The notes below the pieces were generated by a model that saw only the letters and a program-made list of their open reading frames with translations, did no database searches and was not told the origin of the DNA. From a virus, in IMG/VR virus record IMGVR_UViG_3300033153_016035, positions 32,001-96,000 of that record: a stretch of 64,000 nt of DNA. One strand, given 5' to 3'. Position numbers and translations under genes: made by a program. Shown here in pieces: positions 30,801-39,312 of this stretch. Each line of letters begins with the position of its first letter. Position 1 is the stretch's first letter.

Positions 30801-31425
30801 GACGACTGTGTAGATAGGCTTCGACCAGAAGCTGGAACTGCCTACTTTCTGATATTGGAGATTCTATCGCCATTTCCCGTAGCCACGGAGGGGGTACCTG
30901 CACAAGTTTTTTACCCTCCCGGGCTATACGGGGAAGCTCTTCGACAACGACTCCTGGGTATACACCAATAGTTTTTGAACCCAAAGAGCCCCAGTACTGC
31001 GGCTCCTCTTCTATTTTAGTAAATGCCGCCTCTAATAAACCAAATACCTCCGGTGTGGGTTCTCGGTGCGCCGGGAAATTTAAGAACCAAAGACTCTCAT
31101 ATAGACTATCTTGTTCTACTACCCCTGCGAGGAACGGGTATGCGGATTGTCTTAGTAGGTCACGTTGCACCGCTTCACATGTCCAACTGTGCTCAGAGGT
31201 TATTATAGTCCCTTGAGACATAAAGTCTTCATATACTGCTGAGTAGGTCTCCACAACATCCGGGGCTTCTACCTCCCCTTGAAACCGAACTTGACATGAA
31301 GGACATTTAACCGGGTACCTGCCACTATATACCGGAATGGTTAGCCCACAAGAAGCGCATTTCACCTTAATTCGTCTGCTTTGGAGGACTCGTGCCATTC
31401 CTGGCGTAATTATAATCTTTTTCAA
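27886..31425 (-). CDS. Large putative head-internal protein with N-terminal Zn ribbon and hydrophobic segments
   Basis: CASC...CPSC; basic tract; two TM-like stretches. Likely TTG start at 31425 behind GGAGGG, overlapping the previous stop. Confidence 0.55.
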   Translation of the reverse strand: MKKIIITPGMARVLQSRRIKVKCASCGLTIPVYSGRYPVKCPSCQVRFQGEVEAPDVVETYSAVYEDFMSQGTIITSEHSWTCEAVQRDLLRQSAYPFLAGVVEQDSLYESLWFLNFPAHREPTPEVFGLLEAAFTKIEEEPQYWGSLGSKTIGVYPGVVVEELPRIAREGKKLVQVPPPWLREMAIESPISESRQFQLLVEAYLHSRPHCDHYEAGEYASNTLLLETVWSGKRPPSSVLNPRHRGGDPRIVVGGFRFTSKGINKARQHNKKVQHKILSRKNRGGVVSRIRSFRSMLQKKQSKAALVKAQRYHKTDPTAGRLHRELGRMHRSVGTFQTNDEGYSAIRHIRPEEAALRMFSNGTPYPSGTVRYFRIQGGLDENIFVGEVLPKSTQMEPEGGLYIRAGRRIEEIVISAFDMLLTEEQVEGLVRVAGRVVKKSCHPGIIIRVYNDVRNAVQLHEELFLSEKIKAHSIVNYTDTMVLLEADDAAAKKAMAIKQRYVELRKSRLEALKRQRAQLTTTSKEGMEAAKERIKQQIDKVKTDLTAREQRELERLKEGDITAGGPGKITTPKTIRGFGPEGEVVEIPAGTQANYNEEGGKQELLVLSGPDTGKTVMIDEPLDEAFLGLSLWGWSILMAKVGVIFSIGNVVLRWWRNRFAVFGGLTHEDEIFLRKFLVYQETEDFILGRDSANLAKNARKLTKFIRHAYADFNRLFDATGNVKHRPGLWLWKGEAYREVEVRRVVKTEMGTKTHIVRTSKDWEFWNWTYSRFFKLDLDTIILLLEELRGSIALNEKVPKELQEKLAQVYEEAEPIERQFAEDYWRNFALQADKTGHPIHGVFSSREYGLIIIMFKYPDFLDFLGEGTIGFFMPLVLSVGMTVYSIKKLGWAVSKIPAGLRGSLVWIKNYRESGKETIFIENKSQAAVAKTESSRKSILAGLKEHISSFFSNLWRYLTKNSIIYNMKDPYKFVLSWVDEPFVLGKAPIMCMKSRFKGSLLTSGDRVVIHALSKKESFGGKLSKDPLPEDIVTLEGSDFPGEAYAFLSEVFTAITHSPTFLELPQKEAQKRVMGIKEKNKFISRFVLKDRVVGRVPMLGRSKAKKIPMRPGDVYIIADYMGEKDYKAEGVLPMWRVVVTTKDYSGDVLVDVDTLYASLKNLREAVDTDVGLSKVMSLYQKL

Positions 31426-34400
31426 ACCGTAACCCTCCCACACGTCATAACTTTTGGGATATACTCGTATATGGCTTTACAGGGGGAGGCTCCGCCACAG
31501 ATGCCATGATACACGGTGATGTCTCCATTCTTTCTGAATATAAGATAATTTCCATCCTCACATAGCGCAGAAATTACATCCGTATTTTTAAAGAGAAATG
31601 GTACCTCAGACTCTCTGATGGTACTTAACTTCCTAGTTACCATAACCTCTATTGGCACAAACTCTAATATCTCCCCAACGTCTTGACATTCGTATATCAA
31701 TTTATCTGTATTAAATGTAGTATCTAGTAGCTGGTGAATTGCCTTTTGCTCCAGTACGTGTTCAAACCACGTACTGACATGCCCCAAGCGTGATTCAAAG
31801 GCCGCACTAACCGAACTACCTAAATCCACATTACAAGGAATAGCAACTACTGCACGTTGACTACCCGCTAAAACACAAGAGAAGGCGGCTCCAGAACGTA
31901 TTAGATTTTCCGTAGCTATAGCAAATCTACCCTTGTCAGGGGCTTTTTCAAATGTAAATTCTACCGTACAACTACCATTTACCACCTCAGCGGGAAAACA
32001 TGGTATTTCGTCTCGAACTTCTTGAAGAAACTCTTTTGTTGGGGAAAACGCAAATTCTATTTCCCCTTTAGACTCACACAAACGTATTACTCGTAAACCA
32101 GGATAATTGCGCGCTATAAAATTTGGTAGAGCCTCCTGGACGCTTTCTGTCTTCGACAACAGTCGCACCATGTCTGCTGCTTGTAGTTCCTGAACATCTG
32201 TTATAACCTGATGTCCGCGCATCAAATTACGAAGCTGCTGGGGTTTTTGGTCGTCAAGCATGTACCCGTCAACGCCCTGGGCTGTTTGGACAAAGCCATT
32301 TTTCGTTGTCATTTTCAGTGCCACATGGGCGCCGGTCTTTCCAGCACCGAACTGACCCTCCACTTCATCCTTAAATTTCTGTACGTCGTTTGTACTATAA
32401 AAGGCGCCGAATATGTGGAAAAGTGGCGAATGACATACAACTTGAATGGGTATAGGCTGCGCCTGGTCGCGGGCCCATTTGGGGACGTCTTTTCCACCAA
32501 CTAGATGTGGGTAGTCTTCCGGCGTAGGGCTATAACTAAAATGCAGAACTAACATAACCTCGGTAGTAAGTGGATTGTTATTGGCATCATCAAAATCAAA
32601 AAGTTCCACCTCGCAGTGGGCTGTAAACCACGGTGGAAGTGCTATAGGCGTTCTAGTTGGAACCTTATTGAAGGTGGTTAGTATAAGACCTCTATTTTTA
32701 GGGAAGGGCATTTTATTTCCAAAGAAGCGAGTTACCTGCTTTTTTACATAGCGGGTGAAATCTTGTATTATTCCAAACTTGTCTTCCCCCCAATGTATAC
32801 TCCCGCCAACTGCAGTGGCCACAGTTTTAAATATATCCTTAATATCGTCATCACCCGACAAGGCTTCCCACATAAAGCTATTTAGTTTTCTAGTAGACTC
32901 ATATTGTTGTTCCCATTCACCCGATATGTCACCCTCAACCACACCAATCTGCTCTTGCTGCTCTCTGGTAAGCTCGTGGAAACCCATCACAGAATCCCCA
33001 AACCCCAAACCTCGATAACTTTCCCCCATCTTTTCTATATTCTCACGTTCCCTTTCCGCGCCCTTGGCCTGACCGGACAAAGTCACCATCTCATCCCACC
33101 ACTTCTGTGATTCGGGAGCTAACTTTGGCAGCCCCGCCTCTACAATACTATAAGCTTCTGCGAGTATGTGTAGTTCTCCGTCGGTCATTGTGCCCAATAT
33201 ATCAGGATCTATCCTCTGCTTTTTCTCTAATTCTGCTATAAGCACTTTAGCTTCTGCATACTGCGTAGCCCGTAGTTTGACGTACGCCATCTCTTCCTTT
33301 TTTCGGGCCACCTCGGCTGGATTTTCAGTTACTTTCTGCAAAGTCCTTATGGGCTCAAAGACTTCTTCTACTTTAGCAGATACCTGGTCTAAAAACTGCT
33401 TAACAAAAGACTTTGGACCAATAACCCGGGGGGATACTTGGCCTGTAGCTAGATAGTTATTAACCAACTCAGAGGGGGAATCGACCACAAGAACTTTGCC
33501 AGCAAATACACTACCTTCCATTGTAAGCATTTTCTCAAAAGCTGCATCTTCGGAGCCAACCGGCTCCGCCACCTTATTTATACTGGGAACCGATAATGTT
33601 ATAGTATCCCCGCCGGCGCCCCCGTTAGCCATACTCTGGGCCATAAGATACGCGGCGGCAACGCCACCTAAATTATATATTAGTTTAAAATCATCTTTTC
33701 CTATAGTTTCTAGGGTTCCAAGTAGTGCGGGCATTGGTCCTCGACATTTAAACCGTCGGGGGGCACCTTGCACTACACCTAACTCCAAATCAAAATCGCA
33801 CTCTATCAACATTGGGTTAGCTGCCCCCTCTCCCACAAAACCCAAAACCCGCAGTTTAGTCTTGGTTGCCACTTTTGGTTTTATCAGGAGTGGCTTTTGT
33901 AGAGTCCAGTCAGACACCGATGTTATGAGCACACCGCCTTTAGGAACAACCCACATACCCAGATATTTTGAAACCCGGCGGATCATTGGAGCATAGTCCA
34001 CTACAGAGCGGTCAATTGGGGTTTTATACAAGTTAGGGTTATCTACCCCATAAAGTGCTTGTATCTCTTTGTCACCGAAAGCGCGGTCCAGTCTTTCTTC
34101 TAAACGTGAAGTTCCGGAACCCCTTATCCGTGCTATAATAAATGGTGTGGATTCCTTAAGGGTAGTCAGCACAGAAAAACCGTATATATCGCCGTCTATC
34201 TGACCACGTAGAAGGAGTGCTTCTACCAAGGAGCGAAAATATCGTGTTTCTTTTTCTGCTAGAAAACTCTTCGTGTCGACTGGCACGGGGAGCGTAAACA
34301 CTTTTTCGGTTACTATATTCCTGGGACTACCTACCCCGGGAATAAACCCTAAAGATGCAATGGTGGCCCGCAACCTGGTTAAAGCCGAGCCACAATTTTT

Positions 34401-34610
34401 GTAGATAATTTCATCCGTACTCTCGTACAGAACTTCATCGCCTTTAAAAGCCTCATGTATTTTACGGGAAATCTCCGTGGTTAGTCCCAGATCTTCAATC
34501 TTAACGGCAAGAGTTTTTCCCACACGGCCGGGGGTAAAGATACCATAACCGTACTTTTCATCCACTATGGTGGTAATGTCCTGATGGTTATCCCGTATAA
34601 ATTCTACCAT
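31422..34610 (-). CDS. Large hypothetical (putative head-internal) protein
   Basis: Open for more than 1000 aa; likely start ATG 34610 just after the previous TAA. Confidence 0.6.
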   Translation of the reverse strand: MVEFIRDNHQDITTIVDEKYGYGIFTPGRVGKTLAVKIEDLGLTTEISRKIHEAFKGDEVLYESTDEIIYKNCGSALTRLRATIASLGFIPGVGSPRNIVTEKVFTLPVPVDTKSFLAEKETRYFRSLVEALLLRGQIDGDIYGFSVLTTLKESTPFIIARIRGSGTSRLEERLDRAFGDKEIQALYGVDNPNLYKTPIDRSVVDYAPMIRRVSKYLGMWVVPKGGVLITSVSDWTLQKPLLIKPKVATKTKLRVLGFVGEGAANPMLIECDFDLELGVVQGAPRRFKCRGPMPALLGTLETIGKDDFKLIYNLGGVAAAYLMAQSMANGGAGGDTITLSVPSINKVAEPVGSEDAAFEKMLTMEGSVFAGKVLVVDSPSELVNNYLATGQVSPRVIGPKSFVKQFLDQVSAKVEEVFEPIRTLQKVTENPAEVARKKEEMAYVKLRATQYAEAKVLIAELEKKQRIDPDILGTMTDGELHILAEAYSIVEAGLPKLAPESQKWWDEMVTLSGQAKGAERERENIEKMGESYRGLGFGDSVMGFHELTREQQEQIGVVEGDISGEWEQQYESTRKLNSFMWEALSGDDDIKDIFKTVATAVGGSIHWGEDKFGIIQDFTRYVKKQVTRFFGNKMPFPKNRGLILTTFNKVPTRTPIALPPWFTAHCEVELFDFDDANNNPLTTEVMLVLHFSYSPTPEDYPHLVGGKDVPKWARDQAQPIPIQVVCHSPLFHIFGAFYSTNDVQKFKDEVEGQFGAGKTGAHVALKMTTKNGFVQTAQGVDGYMLDDQKPQQLRNLMRGHQVITDVQELQAADMVRLLSKTESVQEALPNFIARNYPGLRVIRLCESKGEIEFAFSPTKEFLQEVRDEIPCFPAEVVNGSCTVEFTFEKAPDKGRFAIATENLIRSGAAFSCVLAGSQRAVVAIPCNVDLGSSVSAAFESRLGHVSTWFEHVLEQKAIHQLLDTTFNTDKLIYECQDVGEILEFVPIEVMVTRKLSTIRESEVPFLFKNTDVISALCEDGNYLIFRKNGDITVYHGICGGASPCKAIYEYIPKVMTCGRVTV

Positions 34611-34611
34611 T

Positions 34612-35517
34612 TTATCCCCACAGTGCTCCGCCAGCCTTAAGTAATTGTACAAGTGTCTCTACTGCATAGTCCCACATGGTCCATAAAATCTCACCAATAA
34701 AAGGGATGTACACCGTTACCGATATTATTGTAGATATAAGAACCACGGTAGCCAGCCCATTAAAAATGGCGTCGAAGTCCTCTTTTGTCATCTCTTGATC
34801 TGTTCCCGCACGCAACACAACCGTTTCCGGGGGTACCCCCGCATGATCCTTTTGGACATGCCAAGCCCATATCTGGTCACCTATCCAACCAACGCCGTGA
34901 CGAAGCATGGGTAGATACATGCGCTGCCAAAACCATCTAAACATGCGCATGACCATACCTACTGGGTATGTGACCACGTCCCACACCCCCTCATCGAGTT
35001 TAGGGGAATACGATTCATCTTTCTTTTTAATCAACCGGCGGCGGACGTTCTCAACGTATTTCGGAATCTCTTTTGGGTTTTTAAACAAATGCTCCAAGGT
35101 TCCCTTAAACGTCGAGCTATTTCGGTCTATAAGGGATCTAAAAATCTTAATAAGGTTACGATAATAGTCCGTGTTTTCCATAAGGGGCGAGTCCGGGATA
35201 AGCTGGTCCCCAGACTTTAGACGATACCTGTCCTGAAGTGCCACGAACTGCATTTCCATTTCTTCACACAGCGGGTTTAGTGGAATAGACTCCTGGAGTA
35301 CCCAGAAAGCTTCCTCCAATACTTCCTTATCCCGCTCAAATGACTCTTCAATCTTACACCGATCTAATACCGCGTTTTTCTTTTGGGCATAGGCCACATC
35401 CAGTCTCTGAAAAGCGGCCGGTGCACTATTACTTTCCGCATGAACTCGGCTGATCTGGCGCTGCCTCCAGTTATCCAAGAGGGATAGTTCTTCATAATAA
35501 AGTGCTAAGTCTGTCAT
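34612..35517 (-). CDS. Hypothetical protein with C-terminal membrane segment
   Basis: ATGA-coupled start at 35517; LDEGVW followed by an amphipathic Trp-rich helix and a TM stretch. Confidence 0.6.
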   Translation of the reverse strand: MTDLALYYEELSLLDNWRQRQISRVHAESNSAPAAFQRLDVAYAQKKNAVLDRCKIEESFERDKEVLEEAFWVLQESIPLNPLCEEMEMQFVALQDRYRLKSGDQLIPDSPLMENTDYYRNLIKIFRSLIDRNSSTFKGTLEHLFKNPKEIPKYVENVRRRLIKKKDESYSPKLDEGVWDVVTYPVGMVMRMFRWFWQRMYLPMLRHGVGWIGDQIWAWHVQKDHAGVPPETVVLRAGTDQEMTKEDFDAIFNGLATVVLISTIISVTVYIPFIGEILWTMWDYAVETLVQLLKAGGALWG

Positions 35518-36227
35518 AAAGTAACACTCCCCACCTGCATACCCGGTATCCAAGCTTTAAAGTACTTCAGGTAGTTTATCGGTTGTGCCTCCTTCGGGTC
35601 CGTGGAGGTAATGAAATCCAATAAACTTGTACTATTGTTCATAAGGGAGAAAAAATTTATTGTCTCTATCACAAAAAACAAGGAAAAACCCAAAACTACG
35701 GTGGTTGGTACAAACCAGGGAATAGTTACCGCTAATAGTTCGGTTATCGCGGGAACGTAGGCCGCTCCTAATGTGACCAACATGAGCCCCAGACCTATCC
35801 GACCAGCCGGGTGTTTACCGAACCAACTGTCCATTACCCTCCCCAAAGCCCAAGAAAATGTCCCCCACACCCATTTTAGCGGTTGTCCAAGCCATTTCAT
35901 GGTCCCCCATACATTAGACCAGAACCCCTCAGTTAGAAGCATAGCGTCGGGGAGGTTGTAGTCCTCACGAACCTTCTTATCAAGTTGTTTTTGGATATCT
36001 TGTGCCAGCTTTTGGAGTCGTTTTTTAATGTCGCCAACCTTCACGTCTTTACCTTTAGCTTTAAGGTATGAGGCAATGAAGGCTTCTGAGCCTCCAGCCC
36101 CCGCCAAAGGTTTTAAGAACCGCTTTACCGTGTTTTCCACCGCCCGTTTTATACTACTCTCCGAGGCGGCTCCCCCGCCTTCTTCCAAATGTTTTTGATT
36201 CATCGCTTCCGCTATAGGGTAGTGCAT
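35514..36227 (-). CDS. Hypothetical membrane protein
   Basis: LTEGFW followed by a Trp-rich amphipathic helix and two TM-like segments. Confidence 0.6.
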   Translation of the reverse strand: MHYPIAEAMNQKHLEEGGGAASESSIKRAVENTVKRFLKPLAGAGGSEAFIASYLKAKGKDVKVGDIKKRLQKLAQDIQKQLDKKVREDYNLPDAMLLTEGFWSNVWGTMKWLGQPLKWVWGTFSWALGRVMDSWFGKHPAGRIGLGLMLVTLGAAYVPAITELLAVTIPWFVPTTVVLGFSLFFVIETINFFSLMNNSTSLLDFITSTDPKEAQPINYLKYFKAWIPGMQVGSVTL

Positions 36228-37210
36228 TACAAATACCTCACTTTACACCAATGATAGGACGCGTGGTCTAGTATGTGCTGGTAACTTATAATAACGGCGT
36301 CTTTTGTCGCCTTCAGCTCAACAGCTTCATCAACAATTACTAAAGTGTCCTGGGTAAATTGCCATTGACTTGGCGCTATCTGTTTTAATTTTCCCTCAGC
36401 TTCGAGTTCCTGTATGGGTATTTTGTAGAAATGGTCCCCGGTGATAGGGGGAAGAAAGTAATTTCCGGGTATTTCTTTTATGGGTTGAAATCGACCGCTT
36501 CGTAAAGATGTGGCTAGATACTCTGTTACCGTGGGGATGGCTGCGACGGTTGCACCGGTTTTCGTATAAGCTTTTACATACAATACTGTTTGACTCCCTC
36601 CCCGGAACTGACTGCCGGTTTGAGTCTTGAAAACAATACCGTTAAATCCCGCAATCACCTGATCGTGTTTGACCCGCACAGTTAACTCATTAATGTCTAA
36701 GTAGATGCTTTCTACCGCCTGTGACCCCATCTTGGTAATCCCCGAACTGTCAACCCTTACGACGGACAGTTCCATTTTAGGATCCCAACCACCACCAACA
36801 GTCCAATGGGTAAGGAGCATTCCACCGACCCAGGCTACTATCTTTTGGGCCCCACGAAACCCCACCGCTATCTGGAAATGAAATTCATCAAGTCCGGATT
36901 GGAAGAATTTAAGAGGATTTATAAATTGGACCCCAATATCTGCATTACTACCGGGCAAAAACCCTGGTGAACAAATTAGTCCATGATGGTCTACCTGTCC
37001 TCCCGGTGCCGATGTCGTTGTATAGTCAAATAGGGCGGTTGCGAAGGTATCTTCTGGCTGACGGTTAGCATAAAAGTGTGCGGAAGGTACAACCTCATCT
37101 AAAATCGAACTGGGGCCAACACCATCCCGTAGAATACCAAAACCAATGTCCTCTGGCAGAGGATCACCGTCTTGTAACTCCCGAAAGTCATATTCTAAAA
37201 GATGTGTCAT
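36227..37210 (-). CDS. Hypothetical beta-rich protein
   Basis: 327-aa ORF with TAATG coupling to the next gene. Confidence 0.6.
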   Translation of the reverse strand: MTHLLEYDFRELQDGDPLPEDIGFGILRDGVGPSSILDEVVPSAHFYANRQPEDTFATALFDYTTTSAPGGQVDHHGLICSPGFLPGSNADIGVQFINPLKFFQSGLDEFHFQIAVGFRGAQKIVAWVGGMLLTHWTVGGGWDPKMELSVVRVDSSGITKMGSQAVESIYLDINELTVRVKHDQVIAGFNGIVFKTQTGSQFRGGSQTVLYVKAYTKTGATVAAIPTVTEYLATSLRSGRFQPIKEIPGNYFLPPITGDHFYKIPIQELEAEGKLKQIAPSQWQFTQDTLVIVDEAVELKATKDAVIISYQHILDHASYHWCKVRYL

Positions 37211-37214
37211 ATTA

Positions 37215-37748
37215 CTACCCTGTTAAAACAAAGTTGTCATTTGACCATAAAAGATTTTCCAAAACCTCAAAAGTGTCAGGATTTAACGCGTACAGCAGTT
37301 CCAATGTGGGAACGTAACCTCTTTTTAATAATCTTTCTGAAAATATTTCGTAGGGTTCTTGAACCCACGGAAACTTACCGTGTTTCTGTGCTCCGCGAAA
37401 TCTGCCAAGGATCTTCTGAAAATTTGGGGAGTTCTCCACTCCCATATGTGTTAAAAGATTTTCTATAGAAGAAAATGGGGGCAATGCTTGTGATCGGGAA
37501 CCTTCCAGTCTAACTTTGGTCCCCTTGGGCACCTCAATTGGGTACCACTCGTCCTCAGTGGGAACATAGTAATATAAGGTTAATGGCGCTTTTAAATACG
37601 CTAAAGAGCCGTATGATCCTATAATCTTTAGCGCCTGCCCACGTGATATAAGTTGAAGGGACTTATCCCCCCCAACCCTTTCTTCCAACACGAAGACTGT
37701 GTGGGCACCAGGTGGCATATATTCATCTGAAATTGTATTCAACCACAT
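37215..37748 (-). CDS. Hypothetical protein, first gene of the leftward block
   Basis: 177-aa ORF with AGGGG upstream. Confidence 0.55.
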   Translation of the reverse strand: MWLNTISDEYMPPGAHTVFVLEERVGGDKSLQLISRGQALKIIGSYGSLAYLKAPLTLYYYVPTEDEWYPIEVPKGTKVRLEGSRSQALPPFSSIENLLTHMGVENSPNFQKILGRFRGAQKHGKFPWVQEPYEIFSERLLKRGYVPTLELLYALNPDTFEVLENLLWSNDNFVLTG

Positions 37749-37769
37749 CCTACTTACCCCTTTATAACA

Positions 37770-37804
37770 CCTATATTGTTTAAGATGGGGGCTATATTTG
37801 TCAA
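37770..37804 (-). promoter_or_regulatory. Possible leftward promoter
   Basis: Perfect TTGACA (tgtcaa 37799-37804) but poor -10 (TAAACA/AACAAT). Confidence 0.3.
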
Positions 37805-37908
37805 GCTTATTATTACCAGCACGTTATGGTTATTTACATTTTTATAGCCGTTTGCACTTGATCTCATGGCACAAGGGGAGGTTTAATACACAATAAACTA
37901 ATTTATCA

Positions 37909-37937
37909 TTTACATAAAAAGGTAATGATGTTATAAT
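37909..37937 (+). promoter_or_regulatory. Sigma70-type promoter of the HTH gene
   Basis: TTTACA-17 nt-TATAAT with TGn extension. Confidence 0.7.
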
Positions 37938-37969
37938 GCCTTCAGGCCGTTGTGTGGAAGGAGAATGAA

Positions 37970-38206
37970 ATGTACGTTGATTTCAAGGAGGCCGCAAAAG
38001 TACTGGGAGTCCATTACAATACCATCAAACGATGGACGGATAAATTAAAAATCAAGACACCCTCTGCGCCTAAAAAACTAAAACACGTAACCCGTGAGGT
38101 AAAGATGGTGCCCTTTCGGGAGCTTGTAAGTAAACTTACAGATGCAAAAGTATTACCATTTAGTCAAGTAGAGTCTTCTAATAATATTCCGAGTACAAAG
38201 AAGTAA
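37970..38206 (+). CDS. Small helix-turn-helix DNA-binding protein (MerR/excisionase-like)
   Basis: FKEAAKVLGVHYNTIKRW; AAGGAG RBS. Confidence 0.75.
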   Translation: MYVDFKEAAKVLGVHYNTIKRWTDKLKIKTPSAPKKLKHVTREVKMVPFRELVSKLTDAKVLPFSQVESSNNIPSTKK

Positions 38207-38321
38207 ACAGTTTGTAAATTATTTAAAAAACTACCACTACAGTTAAAAATTCTACCCCCACAATGTCAACGAACTTCCCGCTGTAACCCCCGAATTTATT
38301 ACATTTTATTTAATTTTTCCC

Positions 38322-38350
38322 TTGCATTTCCCGCATTTTTGTGGTATAAT
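38322..38350 (+). promoter_or_regulatory. Strong sigma70-type promoter reading into the non-coding region
   Basis: TTGCAT-17 nt-TATAAT with TGn extension and AT-rich upstream tract. Confidence 0.8.
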
Positions 38351-38399
38351 ATAGGTAGAAAAGGGGAAAGTTCCCCTTCATCTTAGAGATGGATTTCAT

Positions 38400-39020
38400 C
38401 CATCTCCCTCCTAGATGTCCCGCACCTCCGAAAGAGCCGAGTGGGAAACTCAAGTGGGTTTCTTCGGTGGTTGTGGGTGAGACTTTTGTCGAAAGAGCTA
38501 GATGCCGCCCTTTAACGGGGCTACAGCTCATTAGAGGCATCAACCCGCACAAGTCGCGCATACATGCGCGGATCTGGAAGGACTCCCTGCCGTGGTTTAA
38601 ATGGCACAGGTGAGGGCTTCCAGGTATCACAGGCTTAAAACAATCAGGAAACTACCAACCACAAGCCACTTTCTGGTTGACCGCTGACCCAAGAGGAACA
38701 TTCTCCAGCGGTGCTAATCCCAGTCCATCGTGACTGGGTGTGTCCCCGAAAGGGGATTCTGACCGGGGCATTTCACCATGCCCCTTGACCCCACAGCTTC
38801 CTCCTAACACGAGGAGCGGGGAAAGGTCTATTTGCGAGAACCCCACGGAGTCATCTGTGGGCCGAAAAGGATATACGACGTTGACCCTTAGGGGTCGGGG
38901 ATTGGAGAGTCCCCTGTGAAGTCGTGAAGTGGTCGCGGGGCGCAACCGCCAGTTAACCCAACCCACACTTGGGGGCCGCTGGTTCTGAAAAGAGGTAAGG
39001 GACGTTTCGGGGGGAGATGG
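38400..39020 (+). ncRNA. Putative large structured ncRNA (~620 nt), family not recognised
   Basis: 5' CCATCTCCCTCCTAGATGTCCC pairs with 3' GGGACGTTTCGGGGGGAGATGG; further nested end-to-end helices and more than 10 internal hairpins; no RBS-supported ORF. Confidence 0.7.
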
Positions 39021-39042
39021 TATGAAAAAAATTGATAAGACA

Positions 39043-39261
39043 GGTGGTAGCGATTACTGCTCACCCCATAAATTCTAAAGACCTAAGCGTCCACTGCGGA
39101 CAAGCTGAAGAAAACAAAGGTAGCCACAGAGATGGCACCAGAAACGAGGTAAGCTTGAAAGTGTTGGCAGCCTGAGGAACTTACCCATCTAAAGTTTAAC
39201 CCCTGCTTGCAGGAAGAAGACTTTTAATGGGACTTGGGGTCGAGTGGTAATTACTACCGCC
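39043..39261 (+). ncRNA. Putative structured ncRNA (~220 nt)
   Basis: GGTGGTAGCGATTACTGCTCACCCCA pairs with TGGGGTCGAGTGGTAATTACTACCGCC (~25 bp) enclosing a multibranch core. Confidence 0.65.
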
Positions 39262-39270
39262 GACAAATAC

Positions 39271-39308
39271 ACCCTGCATGGCAATAAACCATGTGGGGTT
39301 TTTATTTT
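39271..39308 (+). terminator. Intrinsic terminator
   Basis: ACCCTGCATGG-CAATAAA-CCATGTGGGGT followed by TTTTATTTT. Confidence 0.7.
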
Positions 39309-39312
39309 AACA

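Noticed and set aside
155-37468. Numerous plus-strand ORFs opposite the structural genes
   Set aside because: Antisense shadows of long minus-strand genes; no RBS or recognisable motifs.
38434-39000. Group II intron domain V (GAGCCG...GGTTCTGAAAAGAGG)
   Set aside because: The two halves are about 540 nt apart rather than forming a ~34-nt hairpin; there is no GTGCG 5' end, interrupted gene or maturase.
39100-39150. Hammerhead ribozyme (CTGAAGA...GAAAC)
   Set aside because: Seven unpaired nucleotides separate CTGAAGA from the next stem, and no stem I/III with a cleavage triplet could be completed by eye.
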